Part shown: one piece after another, positions 30,748 through 39,778 of the stretch
Layout: each line of letters begins with the position of its first letter
Position numbering within the stretch: position 1 is the first letter of the stretch
Origin: Parcubacteria group bacterium
Lineage (GTDB): Bacteria > Patescibacteriota > Minisyncoccia > 2-02-FULL-40-12
Direction: 5' to 3'
Length of the DNA stretch: 64,000 nucleotides
Assembly (NCBI GenBank): GCA_016186395.1
Contig: JACPLU010000003.1
Coordinates: 76,289-140,288 of the forward strand
Program-made: the position numbers and the translations under genes
The notes under the pieces: generated by a model
What the model was told of the DNA's origin: nothing
The model's database searches: none
Seen by the model: the letters and a program-made list of their open reading frames with translations, nothing else

Positions 30748-30875
30748 GTTTATCTAAAAAAAGTGTTGCGTAGAGTACGCTAAGTGGTATAGAATAACAC
30801 TGTGGTGGTAAGAAGTGGATGTATTTGTGGATAACTAAGTAAAAAAGTTGATAAATCCCAAATAGAAAATGACAA

Positions 30876-31310
30876 ATGTTAATAGGAGAATTTATTCATT
30901 CTATAGATGTAAAGAAAAGGTTGGCCATACCTGCTCGTTTGAGAAAAGAAATAGGAGAGCGGTCTTTTTTAACAAAAGGATTAGACAAATGTTTGTTTTT
31001 GCATCCAGCTAAAGAATGGGAAGGGTTTACGGATAAACTTACTTCTTTATCTGTTGGTCAATCCGATACCAGGAGTTTGGTGAGACAATTTTTAGCGGGA
31101 GCAGTAGAAGTAGAATTTGATGGCTTGGGAAGAATTTTGATTCCTGACTATTTAAAAGAATTTGCCGAGTTGAAAAAGAATATAGCGATAGTCGGCGTGC
31201 TGAACAGATTAGAGATTTGGGATTTAGATAATTGGAATAAATACAAAATTAATGCTGACAAAAATGCAGAAATGATCGCAGAAAAATTAGGAGAATTAGG
31301 ACTCATATAA
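30876..31310 (+). CDS. mraZ: transcriptional regulator MraZ
   Basis: Duplicated SpoVT/AbrB-like halves (FIHSIDVKKRLAIPARLR; GRILIPDYL). First gene of the dcw cluster. Confidence 0.85.
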   Translation: MLIGEFIHSIDVKKRLAIPARLRKEIGERSFLTKGLDKCLFLHPAKEWEGFTDKLTSLSVGQSDTRSLVRQFLAGAVEVEFDGLGRILIPDYLKEFAELKKNIAIVGVLNRLEIWDLDNWNKYKINADKNAEMIAEKLGELGLI

Positions 31311-31394
31311 ATCAAAAGTAAAAACACAAAATGCAAAATTACAAATTAAAATTTAAAATTTTGGATTTTGAACTGAAATTTTGATTTTTGATTT

Positions 31395-32306
31395 TTGAAT
31401 TCTGAATTTATTCATAGGCCGGTTCTTTTGGAAGAAGTAATAAAATTTTTAGATTTAAGAGAGGGCGATAAAGTAATTGATGCAACTGTTAATGGTGGCG
31501 GTCACGCAAAAAAGATTTTGGAGATAGTCGGAGATTCGGGAAGCTTACTTGGAATTGAATTAGATTCGGAACTTTATAATTTAGCCAAAATGTCATTTCC
31601 GCAAAGTCATAATTCACGAATTAAACTTGTAAATGATAATTTTGCAGAAATTGATCGGATAGCTGAAGAAAATGGTTTTAATGAAGTAAATGGAATATTG
31701 TTTGACTTTGGAGTTTCGAGTTTTCATTTTGATCAATCAGGCAGGGGATTTACTTTTCAGAAGGACGAGCCTCTGGATATGAGAATTACAAGTAATGGAT
31801 TTTTGTCGGCCAAAGAGATAGTTAATACTTATAGCGAGGAGGAGTTATATAAAATTTTAAAGGATTACGGAGAAGAAAGATTTGCTAAAAGTATATCTGG
31901 AAATATTGTTCAACAAAGGAAAAATAAGTTAATAGAGTCAACCAAAGAATTATCGGCGCTTATTGAAAAATCAGTACCAGATTGGTATAGGCATCAAAAA
32001 ATTAATCCGGCAACTAAAACCTTTCAAGCATTAAGAATTGCGGTAAATCAAGAATTAAAGAATATAGAACAAGGGCTTAAGGGTGCAATAAGGATTTTGG
32101 TTCGAGGAGGAAGGATTATAGCGATTTCTTTTCATGGCCTTGAAGATAAGATTGTAAAAAAAAAATTTAAGGAATGGGAGAAAGAAGGTTTAGGAAAAGT
32201 TTTAACAAAAAAACCAATAGTGCCTTCATCAGATGAGATTTTGATAAATGTGCGTTCCCGAAGCGCAAAAATGAGGGTTTTTCAGAAGATTTCTATACTT
32301 GCATAG
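31395..32306 (+). CDS. rsmH: 16S rRNA m4C1402 methyltransferase RsmH
   Basis: TTG start; HRPVLLEEV; SAM-binding GGGHA; FDFGVSSFHFD. Confidence 0.9.
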   Translation: MNSEFIHRPVLLEEVIKFLDLREGDKVIDATVNGGGHAKKILEIVGDSGSLLGIELDSELYNLAKMSFPQSHNSRIKLVNDNFAEIDRIAEENGFNEVNGILFDFGVSSFHFDQSGRGFTFQKDEPLDMRITSNGFLSAKEIVNTYSEEELYKILKDYGEERFAKSISGNIVQQRKNKLIESTKELSALIEKSVPDWYRHQKINPATKTFQALRIAVNQELKNIEQGLKGAIRILVRGGRIIAISFHGLEDKIVKKKFKEWEKEGLGKVLTKKPIVPSSDEILINVRSRSAKMRVFQKISILA

Positions 32307-32311
32307 TATTC

Positions 32312-32713
32312 GTGGCAAGAATGCGGCTGCGATACTCTTTGTCGGTTAAATTTATTCTACTAGCTCGGTCACCAAAATATCAACCAAAGTTAATCTCAAA
32401 AGAGAGGAGTTTTGTTTTAGAAAGTCAATCTCTCGGACTTTTTAACCTTTTGCTTCTGGGAGTTTTAATAGTTAGTGTTTTATATTTTGTTGTTCAATCG
32501 AATTTAGTTGCATCTAAAAAACTTTTATTACAAAATTTAAATCAATCTATGGAGGGAATCTATGTGGATAATATTTTTAAGCACCCTTTGATAAGCGGAA
32601 ATATTCAAGAGTTAAAATCTGCTTTAAATATGATAGATGTGGATATTTTACACTCTATAACTTTAGATCCAAACGCTTTTGCTTTGGGATCTACTGAAAA
32701 TCTAACCAGGTAG
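32312..32713 (+). CDS. FtsL-like small bitopic division protein
   Basis: Single TM, located between rsmH and ftsI. Confidence 0.4.
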   Translation: MARMRLRYSLSVKFILLARSPKYQPKLISKERSFVLESQSLGLFNLLLLGVLIVSVLYFVVQSNLVASKKLLLQNLNQSMEGIYVDNIFKHPLISGNIQELKSALNMIDVDILHSITLDPNAFALGSTENLTR

Positions 32714-32794
32714 ATTCTGGTATAAATTAAATTCATATATGCTATATTCTTTTTATACCGCTTTATAGCGGGGTTTAGTTTGTAATATAACGGG

Positions 32795-34453
32795 ATGGGT
32801 AACGCAAAAAGGTTTTTTTCTTTGGGTTTTATAATTCTTGTTGCTTTTGTCTTGATAGGCTGGCGGCTTTTTCATGTTGGTTATCTTAGGCACACCTACT
32901 ATCAGGCGCTTAAAGAACAACAAATTGTTTTTCAAAATGATGCTTCTTCAAGGGGGAGTATATTGATTAAGGACTTGCCGAGCAATAATCTTATTTTATC
33001 TGCAGTTTCGGAAAAAGAATATAAAATTGAGCTTAGTAAGAAAAAACCTGTTCAGATTGATCGGGTTTTAAATTTGCTTTCTGGGATTGTAAGTTTTGAT
33101 GTAGACAGGGTTTTGAACGATTTTTTGGATTCATCGAAGAGTAAAGTTGTAATTATTGGAGGATTAAATCAAGATCAAATTTCAAAAATTCGCAGTCTTG
33201 GGTTAGATAGTTTAAATATCATTGCTTCTCCAAAACGCATATATCCGTTGGGTTCATTAGCTGCCCATGTTTTTGGTTTTTTAGGTTTTCAGGGTCAAGA
33301 TAGGGTGGGTCAATACGGGATAGAAGCTCAATATGAGGATTTACTTTCTGGTAAGAACTCGTCAAAAAATTCATCAGACCCCAGTGATAAAATTCAAAAT
33401 GCCAATTTAATTTTAACCATTGATAAAAATATACAAAGTTATGTTGAGGAGGTTATGAATGAGATCTATAAAAAATGGGAAGCATCTGGAGCAAGTGTAA
33501 TAGTTCAAGATCCAGGAAGCGGTGCCATATTAGCTATGGCTGCTACGCCGAGTTTTGATCCCAACAATTATTCAACATCACCAACCTCAAGATTTATTAA
33601 TCCGACTGTGCAGGAAGTTTTTGAACCCGGGTCATCTTTTAAACCTATTACTATGGCGGCAGGACTGGACTTGGGGGAGATAACTCCTAAGACTACATAT
33701 GTGGATCCTGGTATGGTAAGAATAGGCAGTTATACCATTACCAACTTTAACGGTAAGAACTTTGGTGTTCAAACCATGACTCAAGTTTTGGAAAAATCTT
33801 TAAATACTGGAGCGATATTTGTGGAACGTAAAATAGGTGATGAAAATTTTCTCAGTTACGTTGAACGTTTTGGTTTTGGTCGAAAAACTGGAATTGACCT
33901 TTTTGGAGAAACCTCCGGAGACATACAAAATTTATACTCAAAACGACCGGTCAACTTTGCCACTGCTGCTTTTGGTCAGGGAGTTGCTGTAACTCCGATT
34001 CAGTTAATTACCGCTTATTCAGCCATTGCTAATGGTGGTAAATTAATGAAACCCTATTTAGTTGATAAGATAATTTTTTCTGATGGGAAGGAAGAAATAG
34101 CAAAGTCATCAATAGTTGGAAGGCCCATTTCTGAAACAACTGCATTGACCCTTCAACAAATGTTAGTTTCGGCCGTAGATAATGGTTTTGATAAGGCGCG
34201 AGTTAAGGGTTATGATGTTGCAGGTAAGACTGGCACGGCCCAGATACCAGATGGTAAGGGTGGTTATTCTGATGAATTTATTCACAACTTTTTGGGGTTT
34301 GCCCCAGCGTATAATGCAAAATTTACGGTTTTGTTAAAGTTAGACCGTCCAAAGGGGATTAAATTTTCATCAGATAGCCTTTCACCGCCGTTTGCTAAGA
34401 TTTCAAGGTTTTTAGTAAATTATTTTAGCGTATCGCCGACAAGACCGAATTAA
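32795..34453 (+). CDS. ftsI: penicillin-binding protein (FtsI-type transpeptidase)
   Basis: N-terminal TM; SxxK (GSSFKP), SxN (SLN) and KTGT motifs. Confidence 0.85.
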   Translation: MGNAKRFFSLGFIILVAFVLIGWRLFHVGYLRHTYYQALKEQQIVFQNDASSRGSILIKDLPSNNLILSAVSEKEYKIELSKKKPVQIDRVLNLLSGIVSFDVDRVLNDFLDSSKSKVVIIGGLNQDQISKIRSLGLDSLNIIASPKRIYPLGSLAAHVFGFLGFQGQDRVGQYGIEAQYEDLLSGKNSSKNSSDPSDKIQNANLILTIDKNIQSYVEEVMNEIYKKWEASGASVIVQDPGSGAILAMAATPSFDPNNYSTSPTSRFINPTVQEVFEPGSSFKPITMAAGLDLGEITPKTTYVDPGMVRIGSYTITNFNGKNFGVQTMTQVLEKSLNTGAIFVERKIGDENFLSYVERFGFGRKTGIDLFGETSGDIQNLYSKRPVNFATAAFGQGVAVTPIQLITAYSAIANGGKLMKPYLVDKIIFSDGKEEIAKSSIVGRPISETTALTLQQMLVSAVDNGFDKARVKGYDVAGKTGTAQIPDGKGGYSDEFIHNFLGFAPAYNAKFTVLLKLDRPKGIKFSSDSLSPPFAKISRFLVNYFSVSPTRPN

Positions 34454-34560
34454 ATTTAAAAGTCCCACCAGAGGCGAAGACCGCCAAAGGCGGCAAAAAG
34501 TGAAATGCAAAAATTAAAGCCAAAATTTAAAATTTTTTGATTTTTGAATTCTAAATTATA

Positions 34561-34650
34561 ATTACTTGCAGAACACCGCGGCCGTAAGGCCGCGGATGAA
34601 TGCAAGCCCTGAAGTGAGTCGAGTTTGACTCGACGAACGAAAGGTAAATA
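34561..34650. repeat. hairpin repeat family B copy 1
   Basis: CCGCGGCC-GTAA-GGCCGCGG, GATGAATGCAAGCCC and GAGTCGAG...CTCGAC. It is followed (34650-34735) by three further perfect palindromes before murF. Confidence 0.6.
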
Positions 34651-34743
34651 TATAAATCAAATTTCAGCAAAAATCATTAATGTATTTTTGCTGAAATTGT
34701 ACTCGCCCGAGTACCACGGGCGTACGCCCGTGGATATCTATTT

Positions 34744-36051
34744 ATGAAGTCTATTCTAGAGTTTATACTCAAAATATTGGCTAAAGCTGTTTTAAGAAAA
34801 TATAAACCCCAAGTAGTTGGGATTACTGGTTCGGTTGGAAAAACTTCGGCTAAAGAAGCGATTTATGCAGTGTTAAAAACCAAATATAAGGTAAGACGTG
34901 GGATGGGAAACTTAAATAATTCTCTCGGTGTTCCTTTAACTATTTTAAGCGGTTACTACGAAGATTATAAAGAAGTAAGTCCATGGTTTTTTTGGCCGAA
35001 AGTTGTTTTAGGGTCTTTAAGTTTATTATTTACTAAAGCTGACTATCCAGAGATTTTGATTCTTGAGTTAGGCGCAGATCACCCTGGCGATATTGGTTAT
35101 TTAGTTAAAATGGTAAAGCCATTTATCGGAGTGGTTACGGAAATAGGAGATATTCCTGTTCATGTAGAGTTTTATTCAGGACCCAAACATTTAGCCGAAG
35201 AAAAATCAAGGTTAATTTCTAGTTTGCCGTCAAACGGTTTTGCAATATTAAATACTGATGACGATTTAGTTTTAGATATGAAGAATCAATCTAGGGCCAA
35301 GGTGATGACTTACGGATTTGGCCGATCAGCCGATATGATTATTTCGGATTTAAATTATAATCAAACCGCGAACTTAGTGGATACAGAAATGACGTTTAAA
35401 ATTTCTTATGCCGGGAGTTTTGTACCCTTTAGACTTCATGCGTTTGGTAAATCCCAGGCTTATGCCACTGTCGCCGCGGCATCTGTTGGCGTTTCTTTAG
35501 GAATGAATCTGGTTGAAGTTGCTCAAGCAATGAAAGAATTTAAACCACCCATTGGTAGATTGAACTTAATAAGGGGTATTAAAAACACAGTAATTTTAGA
35601 TGATACGTACAATGCATCACCATCGTCTATGCATTTGGCCTTAGATATTCTTGGTCAGTTGCAAGCCAAAAGAAAGGTGGCAATTTTAGCTGATATGTTG
35701 GAATTAGGTGAATATACAGAAGAGGCTCATAGAAGTACGGGAAATTTAGCAGCTGAGTCTGCTGATGTCTTAATTTGTGTTGGAAGCCGAGCAATGTTTA
35801 TTGCAGATTCCGCCGGAAATCAACTTGCCCCGAGCGTAGTTGAGGGGATGTCTAAAGAAAATATTCTTAGATTTTCGAATGTTGGTGAAGCCTTAAAGCA
35901 AATAGACGGGTTAATAAAAGAAGGGGACTTAGTTTTAGTTAAAGGTTCGCAAAGCATGAGAATGGAGAAGCTAGTAGAATCAATAATGGCTGAACCGGAA
36001 AAAGCAGGTGAATTGTTAGTAAGGCAAGGAAAGAATTGGAAAAAGCAATGA
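34744..36051 (+). CDS. murF: UDP-N-acetylmuramoyl-tripeptide--D-alanyl-D-alanine ligase MurF
   Basis: GITGSVGKTS P-loop and Mur ligase C-terminal domain. Confidence 0.85.
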   Translation: MKSILEFILKILAKAVLRKYKPQVVGITGSVGKTSAKEAIYAVLKTKYKVRRGMGNLNNSLGVPLTILSGYYEDYKEVSPWFFWPKVVLGSLSLLFTKADYPEILILELGADHPGDIGYLVKMVKPFIGVVTEIGDIPVHVEFYSGPKHLAEEKSRLISSLPSNGFAILNTDDDLVLDMKNQSRAKVMTYGFGRSADMIISDLNYNQTANLVDTEMTFKISYAGSFVPFRLHAFGKSQAYATVAAASVGVSLGMNLVEVAQAMKEFKPPIGRLNLIRGIKNTVILDDTYNASPSSMHLALDILGQLQAKRKVAILADMLELGEYTEEAHRSTGNLAAESADVLICVGSRAMFIADSAGNQLAPSVVEGMSKENILRFSNVGEALKQIDGLIKEGDLVLVKGSQSMRMEKLVESIMAEPEKAGELLVRQGKNWKKQ

Positions 36052-36057
36052 ACGGTT

Positions 36058-36184
36058 GAGTCAATGTACTTTTTAGGCACGTAATTTTTATCCAGCGATA
36101 AAAATTACTAAGTGGCATTGTAAAATTCGCCTGAGGCGAACCGTGCATTTTCCAATGCCAATTACCTAAAAAATACATTGACTC
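36058..36184. repeat. structured repeat family C copy 2
   Basis: Outer stem GAGTCAATGTACTTTTTAGG/CCTAAAAAATACATTGACTC. Inner stem GGCATTGTAAAAT/ATTTTCCAATGCC. Conserved core TTCGCCTGAGGCGAACCGTGCA. The stems differ from copy 1 but stay complementary. Confidence 0.7.
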
Positions 36185-36344
36185 AATCCTGCAAAGACAG
36201 TATGAATAGAAAATAATGCCCCTGTTGTCTCCTCCTTCGCTCAAATGATATTTGAGCTTCGGACGGACAAAGAAGTTTGGTCTAATTCCGATTTCTTTAA
36301 ATCTCTGTTGGCGCATTCGTTTCCGATTTATATAAAAATTTGTT

Positions 36345-36422
36345 GGCCTTATCGTCTAGCTTGGTCCAGGACACTTGGTTCTCATCCAAGAAACTCGGGT
36401 TCAAATCCCGATGAGGCCGCCA
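36345..36422 (+). tRNA. tRNA-Glu (anticodon CTC), CCA encoded
   Basis: Acceptor GGCCTTA/TGAGGCC, D region GTCTAGCTTGGTCCAGGAC (Glu-type), anticodon arm CTTGG-TTCTCAT-CCAAG, T arm TCGGG-TTCAAAT-CCCGA. Confidence 0.88.
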
Positions 36423-36443
36423 AATTTTTATTAATAAATCGAG
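36403..36443 (+). repeat. 41-bp direct repeat, copy 1 (tRNA-Glu 3' end plus 22 nt downstream)
   Basis: AAATCCCGATGAGGCCGCCAAATTTTTATTAATAAATCGAG, identical to 37443-37483. Confidence 0.9.
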
Positions 36444-36488
36444 AATCCACGATTGTTAGTTGCGCTTAGCACAAAACAATCGGGACTA

Positions 36489-36541
36489 GTCTGGTCTAGG
36501 ACACGACGTTCTCAACGCTGGAACACGGGTTCGATTCCCGT
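36489..36541 (+). pseudogene. tRNA-Glu-like fragment with D arm and T arm but no acceptor stem
   Basis: GTCTGGTCTAGGACAC...TTCTCAA...ACGGGTTCGATTCCCGT parallels tRNA-Glu. The anticodon stem and acceptor stem do not pair. Confidence 0.4.
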
Positions 36542-36763
36542 ATGCGTTGCGAGCGAACGAAGGTGAGTGAATACTGAGATCAGCAGATCGAAGTGCGCTC
36601 TATATTTTACTAACTAACTTTATGCAGGGCCAGGAGATATGTGAATAAAATGGTGCCTGACACCTTTTTCCAACACCTTTTTCCAACGGTGCTCTTGACT
36701 TAAAAAACCGGTTATGCTACATTAGTCAACGTAATCAGGCTTAATGCTTGATACCTATACGGC

Positions 36764-37177
36764 ATGGTGTCGTATAGAACTTGTAGATTGAAAATTAAAA
36801 AAGGAGAAACGGATATGAAAAAGACTTTCGCAGTTTTCGCTTCGACCGTCGTGCTCAGTTTCCTCGTCCCGATTATTGGTTGTTCTACACCCGTGGATTC
36901 TCAGCACCCATCCCAAAAGTGTGTAGAGGGAATAGTAGAGAGAGTAGAATATACACAGACGGAAAATGGTTTTATGAACCCAGGACATCAGAATAACCAT
37001 ATATATTTTTCTGATGGAAGATCTATTTCTCTGCCAGGGACATTGCGAGCACCAAAGGCAATAGTTGTAGGAAAATTCAATAGGATTTGGTTTGATGACA
37101 CCAGTAGCTACCGTAACCACACCCCTTGGATAAGAGATGTCGAAATACTTCAACAGCCTGAGACAAATTCGAAGTAG
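36764..37177 (+). CDS. predicted lipoprotein
   Basis: Signal peptide with lipobox PIIGC; SD AAGGAG. Confidence 0.5.
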   Translation: MVSYRTCRLKIKKGETDMKKTFAVFASTVVLSFLVPIIGCSTPVDSQHPSQKCVEGIVERVEYTQTENGFMNPGHQNNHIYFSDGRSISLPGTLRAPKAIVVGKFNRIWFDDTSSYRNHTPWIRDVEILQQPETNSK

Positions 37178-37442
37178 CGCGAGCCATAGCTTGCTCATCA
37201 GCGCCTTGCGGAATTCGTGAACAACGAATCAATCCGCAAGGCGCTTTCTTTTTCTCAAATCTCAAAGAACAAACTTTGCGAAAACAAATGCTTTCAGCTG
37301 TTCTTTATTTGTATTTGTTTTCGCAACAACGGCGAAATGCGCTCGAACTATTTTAAGTATTCTGCGCAAAATATGTATAAATTATTGTGCTGGGTCATCC
37401 AAGATTGAGTTCTCCGCCAAAGGCGGATCATCCTCAGGCTGA

Positions 37443-37483
37443 AAATCCCGATGAGGCCGCCAAATTTTTATTAATAAATCGAG
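37443..37483 (+). repeat. 41-bp direct repeat, copy 2 (att-like)
   Basis: Identical to 36403-36443, about 1 kb downstream. Confidence 0.9.
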
Positions 37484-37507
37484 GGTTCTAAGTATCAGTC
37501 GTCTTTG

Positions 37508-37942
37508 CTACTTTTTTTGATTTAAATTTTTGACATTAGCTTTTAGGAACGCCTGGATATGATTTAAAATTGGTTCTTTTTTATGCGGTCTGCTTCCAGC
37601 GATATGCTTGGCGAATCTATAAAGTCTATCATTGCTAATATAAATCCATGACCCGTTCTTATACAGAAAGTATAGTAAACACATGATAGCAATTCTTTTA
37701 TTTCCATTTTGAAATGGGTGGTTTTTTATTAAAAGATAAAATAAAACACTCCCTTTGCCAATAAGACCTCTATAGAAATCTGTTTTATCAAAACTTGCAA
37801 AAGGGACGGCAAGACAACTTTCAAGTATATTAGGGAATCTTGAACCAAAATTGGGAATAGGTTCATTCCATGTCATTAACTTTTCTGCTAAACGGAAGGC
37901 TGTGTATTCTACCTCGGCAATTGTTAGTTGTTTTGGTCTCAT
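37508..37942 (-). CDS. Doc/Fic-family toxin
   Basis: HPFQNGNKR matches the Doc-type Fic motif HxFx(D/N)GNKR. Confidence 0.75.
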   Translation of the reverse strand: MRPKQLTIAEVEYTAFRLAEKLMTWNEPIPNFGSRFPNILESCLAVPFASFDKTDFYRGLIGKGSVLFYLLIKNHPFQNGNKRIAIMCLLYFLYKNGSWIYISNDRLYRFAKHIAGSRPHKKEPILNHIQAFLKANVKNLNQKK

Positions 37943-38193
37943 TCCTTTCCAAGTAATTTAAAAACTTCACCATAGTCTGCAATGGCTTTATTGAGGGCTT
38001 TTTCAATATTATCTTTTTTTTCTTGACCAATTGATTTTCCCAAAGCTTCTAATAGATTTTCGTGGCTGACTATATAGTTTCTTCCAACCTTCTCGGCTTT
38101 TAGTTTCCCTTTTTTGATACGGTTGAATACCCCCACTCTGCTTATATGTAATATATGTGCTACTTCAGTTGTAGAATAGTATTTTTTTGTCAT
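37939..38193 (-). CDS. HTH (excisionase/MerR-like) DNA-binding protein, putative antitoxin/regulator of the Doc gene
   Basis: TTEVAHILHISRVGVFNRIKKGKL helix-turn-helix. Its stop overlaps the Doc start by 4 nt. Confidence 0.6.
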   Translation of the reverse strand: MTKKYYSTTEVAHILHISRVGVFNRIKKGKLKAEKVGRNYIVSHENLLEALGKSIGQEKKDNIEKALNKAIADYGEVFKLLGKE

Positions 38194-38225
38194 ATTCGTA
38201 TGTTAACATATGTTAACATACGAAT
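38194..38225. promoter_or_regulatory. 32-bp perfect palindrome (putative operator) abutting the HTH gene start
   Basis: ATTCGTATGTTAACATATGTTAACATACGAAT is its own reverse complement. It lies immediately 5' of the ATG at 38193. Confidence 0.6.
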
Positions 38226-38264
38226 AAAGTCCATTTTCTATAGTGACACAGGGCTTTCTGTTTT

Positions 38265-38526
38265 TATTATTTCTTGTAGAATACCCCGCGGTTTGCCCCG
38301 TCACCAGACCCAGCACAGCAATGCCAGAATGTTTTGGGTTTAAGTGCACTTCAGTCCGTAGAGTACACTTACTTTAGTAAGAACCGTTCTAATAAAGCAT
38401 TGGTACAGAAAACCAGTGCTGGGCTCGGTGCGGGGCTTGCCACGGAGATGAATGTAAGCCCGAAGCGAAGCCAAGTCAGACTTGGCGAAGCGGAGGAAAT
38501 AACATAAATCCAGCAATTTTTGAAAT
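38265..38526. repeat. hairpin repeat family B copy 2, with a long internal stem insertion
   Basis: Shares the 5' end TATTATTTCTTGTAGAATACCCCGCGG and the 3' end GATGAATGTAAGCCCGAAGCGAAG...GCGGAGGAAATAACATAAATCCAGCAATTTTTGAAA with copy 3. Confidence 0.65.
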
Positions 38527-38683
38527 ATTTAAAAAATACTAATTCTTTTCAAAAATTGCGTAGGGTACTCTTTTTAAGAGTACCTCACAGCTTGCTGTGA
38601 GGATTTCTATTAATTTGTTTTGATATGCTGATTTTCTTCTCTTTCAAACATGCAGGGTGGAGTAAATAAAAAGCCCTTGTGGG

Positions 38684-38890
38684 CTAAAAAAATCTTATTT
38701 TAGAACGAAGAGTATCCCAAGCTTTACTTTTAGACATTCTAAGACGTTTCCTTTCTTTTTCTAACTCATCGCGGTTTTCTGCCAAAAGCACTAGAAGATT
38801 CCAGGCTCTCCACTTAGGCATATTGTGGGTTTTTCTAATTTTTTCTAAGCTGGGATATCCAGTTTTTATTAAAACCTTTTTCCTGGGCAT
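38684..38890 (-). CDS. hypothetical small basic protein
   Basis: ORF only. Confidence 0.3.
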   Translation of the reverse strand: MPRKKVLIKTGYPSLEKIRKTHNMPKWRAWNLLVLLAENRDELEKERKRLRMSKSKAWDTLRSKIRFF

Positions 38891-39106
38891 TTTATTCTCC
38901 TAGTAAGTTTATGATGTGCTGTTAATAAAATTATTCCTATGGCAAATTAATGTCAAACCCTGCCGTTGATCCCGCTCTTAAGTTTAAGGGCTGGGTTGAG
39001 CTCAAGGGTGGAGGCAAACAATATAAAATATGATTGACAGTTGGAGTACTCTATGCTAAGTTGTTTTTACTTAGGTTTTGTCATTTAACAAAAAGGGGGA
39101 ATAAAA

Positions 39107-39232
39107 ATGTGGATTAAGATTAATTGGAGTACTGTATTCTTGGATTTTTTTGGAGTACTCGCCTGTATTTTTATTCTATTATCATCTGTTTTTTCCCACA
39201 GAATATGCAGTCGAACTGGGAAGAGTAAATAA
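39107..39232 (+). CDS. candidate 41-aa hydrophobic peptide; not in the ORF track
   Basis: SD AAGGGGG 8 nt upstream. MWIKINWSTVFLDFFGVLACIFILLSSVFSHRICSRTGKSK. The stop lies 3 nt before the next start. Confidence 0.3.
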   Translation: MWIKINWSTVFLDFFGVLACIFILLSSVFSHRICSRTGKSK

Positions 39233-39235
39233 AAT

Positions 39236-39652
39236 ATGCGAGTTTTTCTAGTTCGACATGGAGATGCTAGGGGCAGTTTAACAGAAAATGGAAGAATGCA
39301 AATTTCAGCAACAGCTAACTTTTTGGAGTCATTAAAACTAGATCCTTTGAAAACTGTATTACTTACATCTGAACGTCAAATGGCAGTTGAGACCGCGGAA
39401 ATCATTCGAGAAAGGTTTGGGTTTAATAATTGTTTACAAAAATCTTGGTTAACGTGTGGAACAGATGAACATACTAAATTTTGTTTGGAAAATTTCATCA
39501 GAGATAATCCTCAATTTGAGACGGTTATCTGTGTGAGTCATGAACCAGAACTTGAAGAAGTTCTTCGAGCGCTTGGATTTTATAAGACTGTTCCCAAGGG
39601 TTCTGTACATGAGATTCAGCTTAGTACCGGAACCGCATCGCGTCTCTATTAA
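39236..39652 (+). CDS. sixA: histidine phosphatase superfamily (SixA-like phosphohistidine phosphatase)
   Basis: MRVFLVRHGDA (RHG motif) and a downstream SHEPE segment. Confidence 0.65.
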   Translation: MRVFLVRHGDARGSLTENGRMQISATANFLESLKLDPLKTVLLTSERQMAVETAEIIRERFGFNNCLQKSWLTCGTDEHTKFCLENFIRDNPQFETVICVSHEPELEEVLRALGFYKTVPKGSVHEIQLSTGTASRLY

Positions 39653-39778
39653 TCACGCTGGTCATTTCGGCCAGTTTTTTTGTTTACCAAAAGTTTTTGT
39701 ATCTTTACAAATTGTTTGATATCTATTACATTTTTTTCACTATTTTTACTATTGGCAAAGAGTACAAAGTGATGTATT

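Noticed and set aside
36403-37483. Intact integrative element with integrase at tRNA-Glu
   Set aside because: The att-like 41-bp repeats are clear, but the bracketed DNA is only about 1 kb and encodes no recombinase. It is reported as a remnant only.
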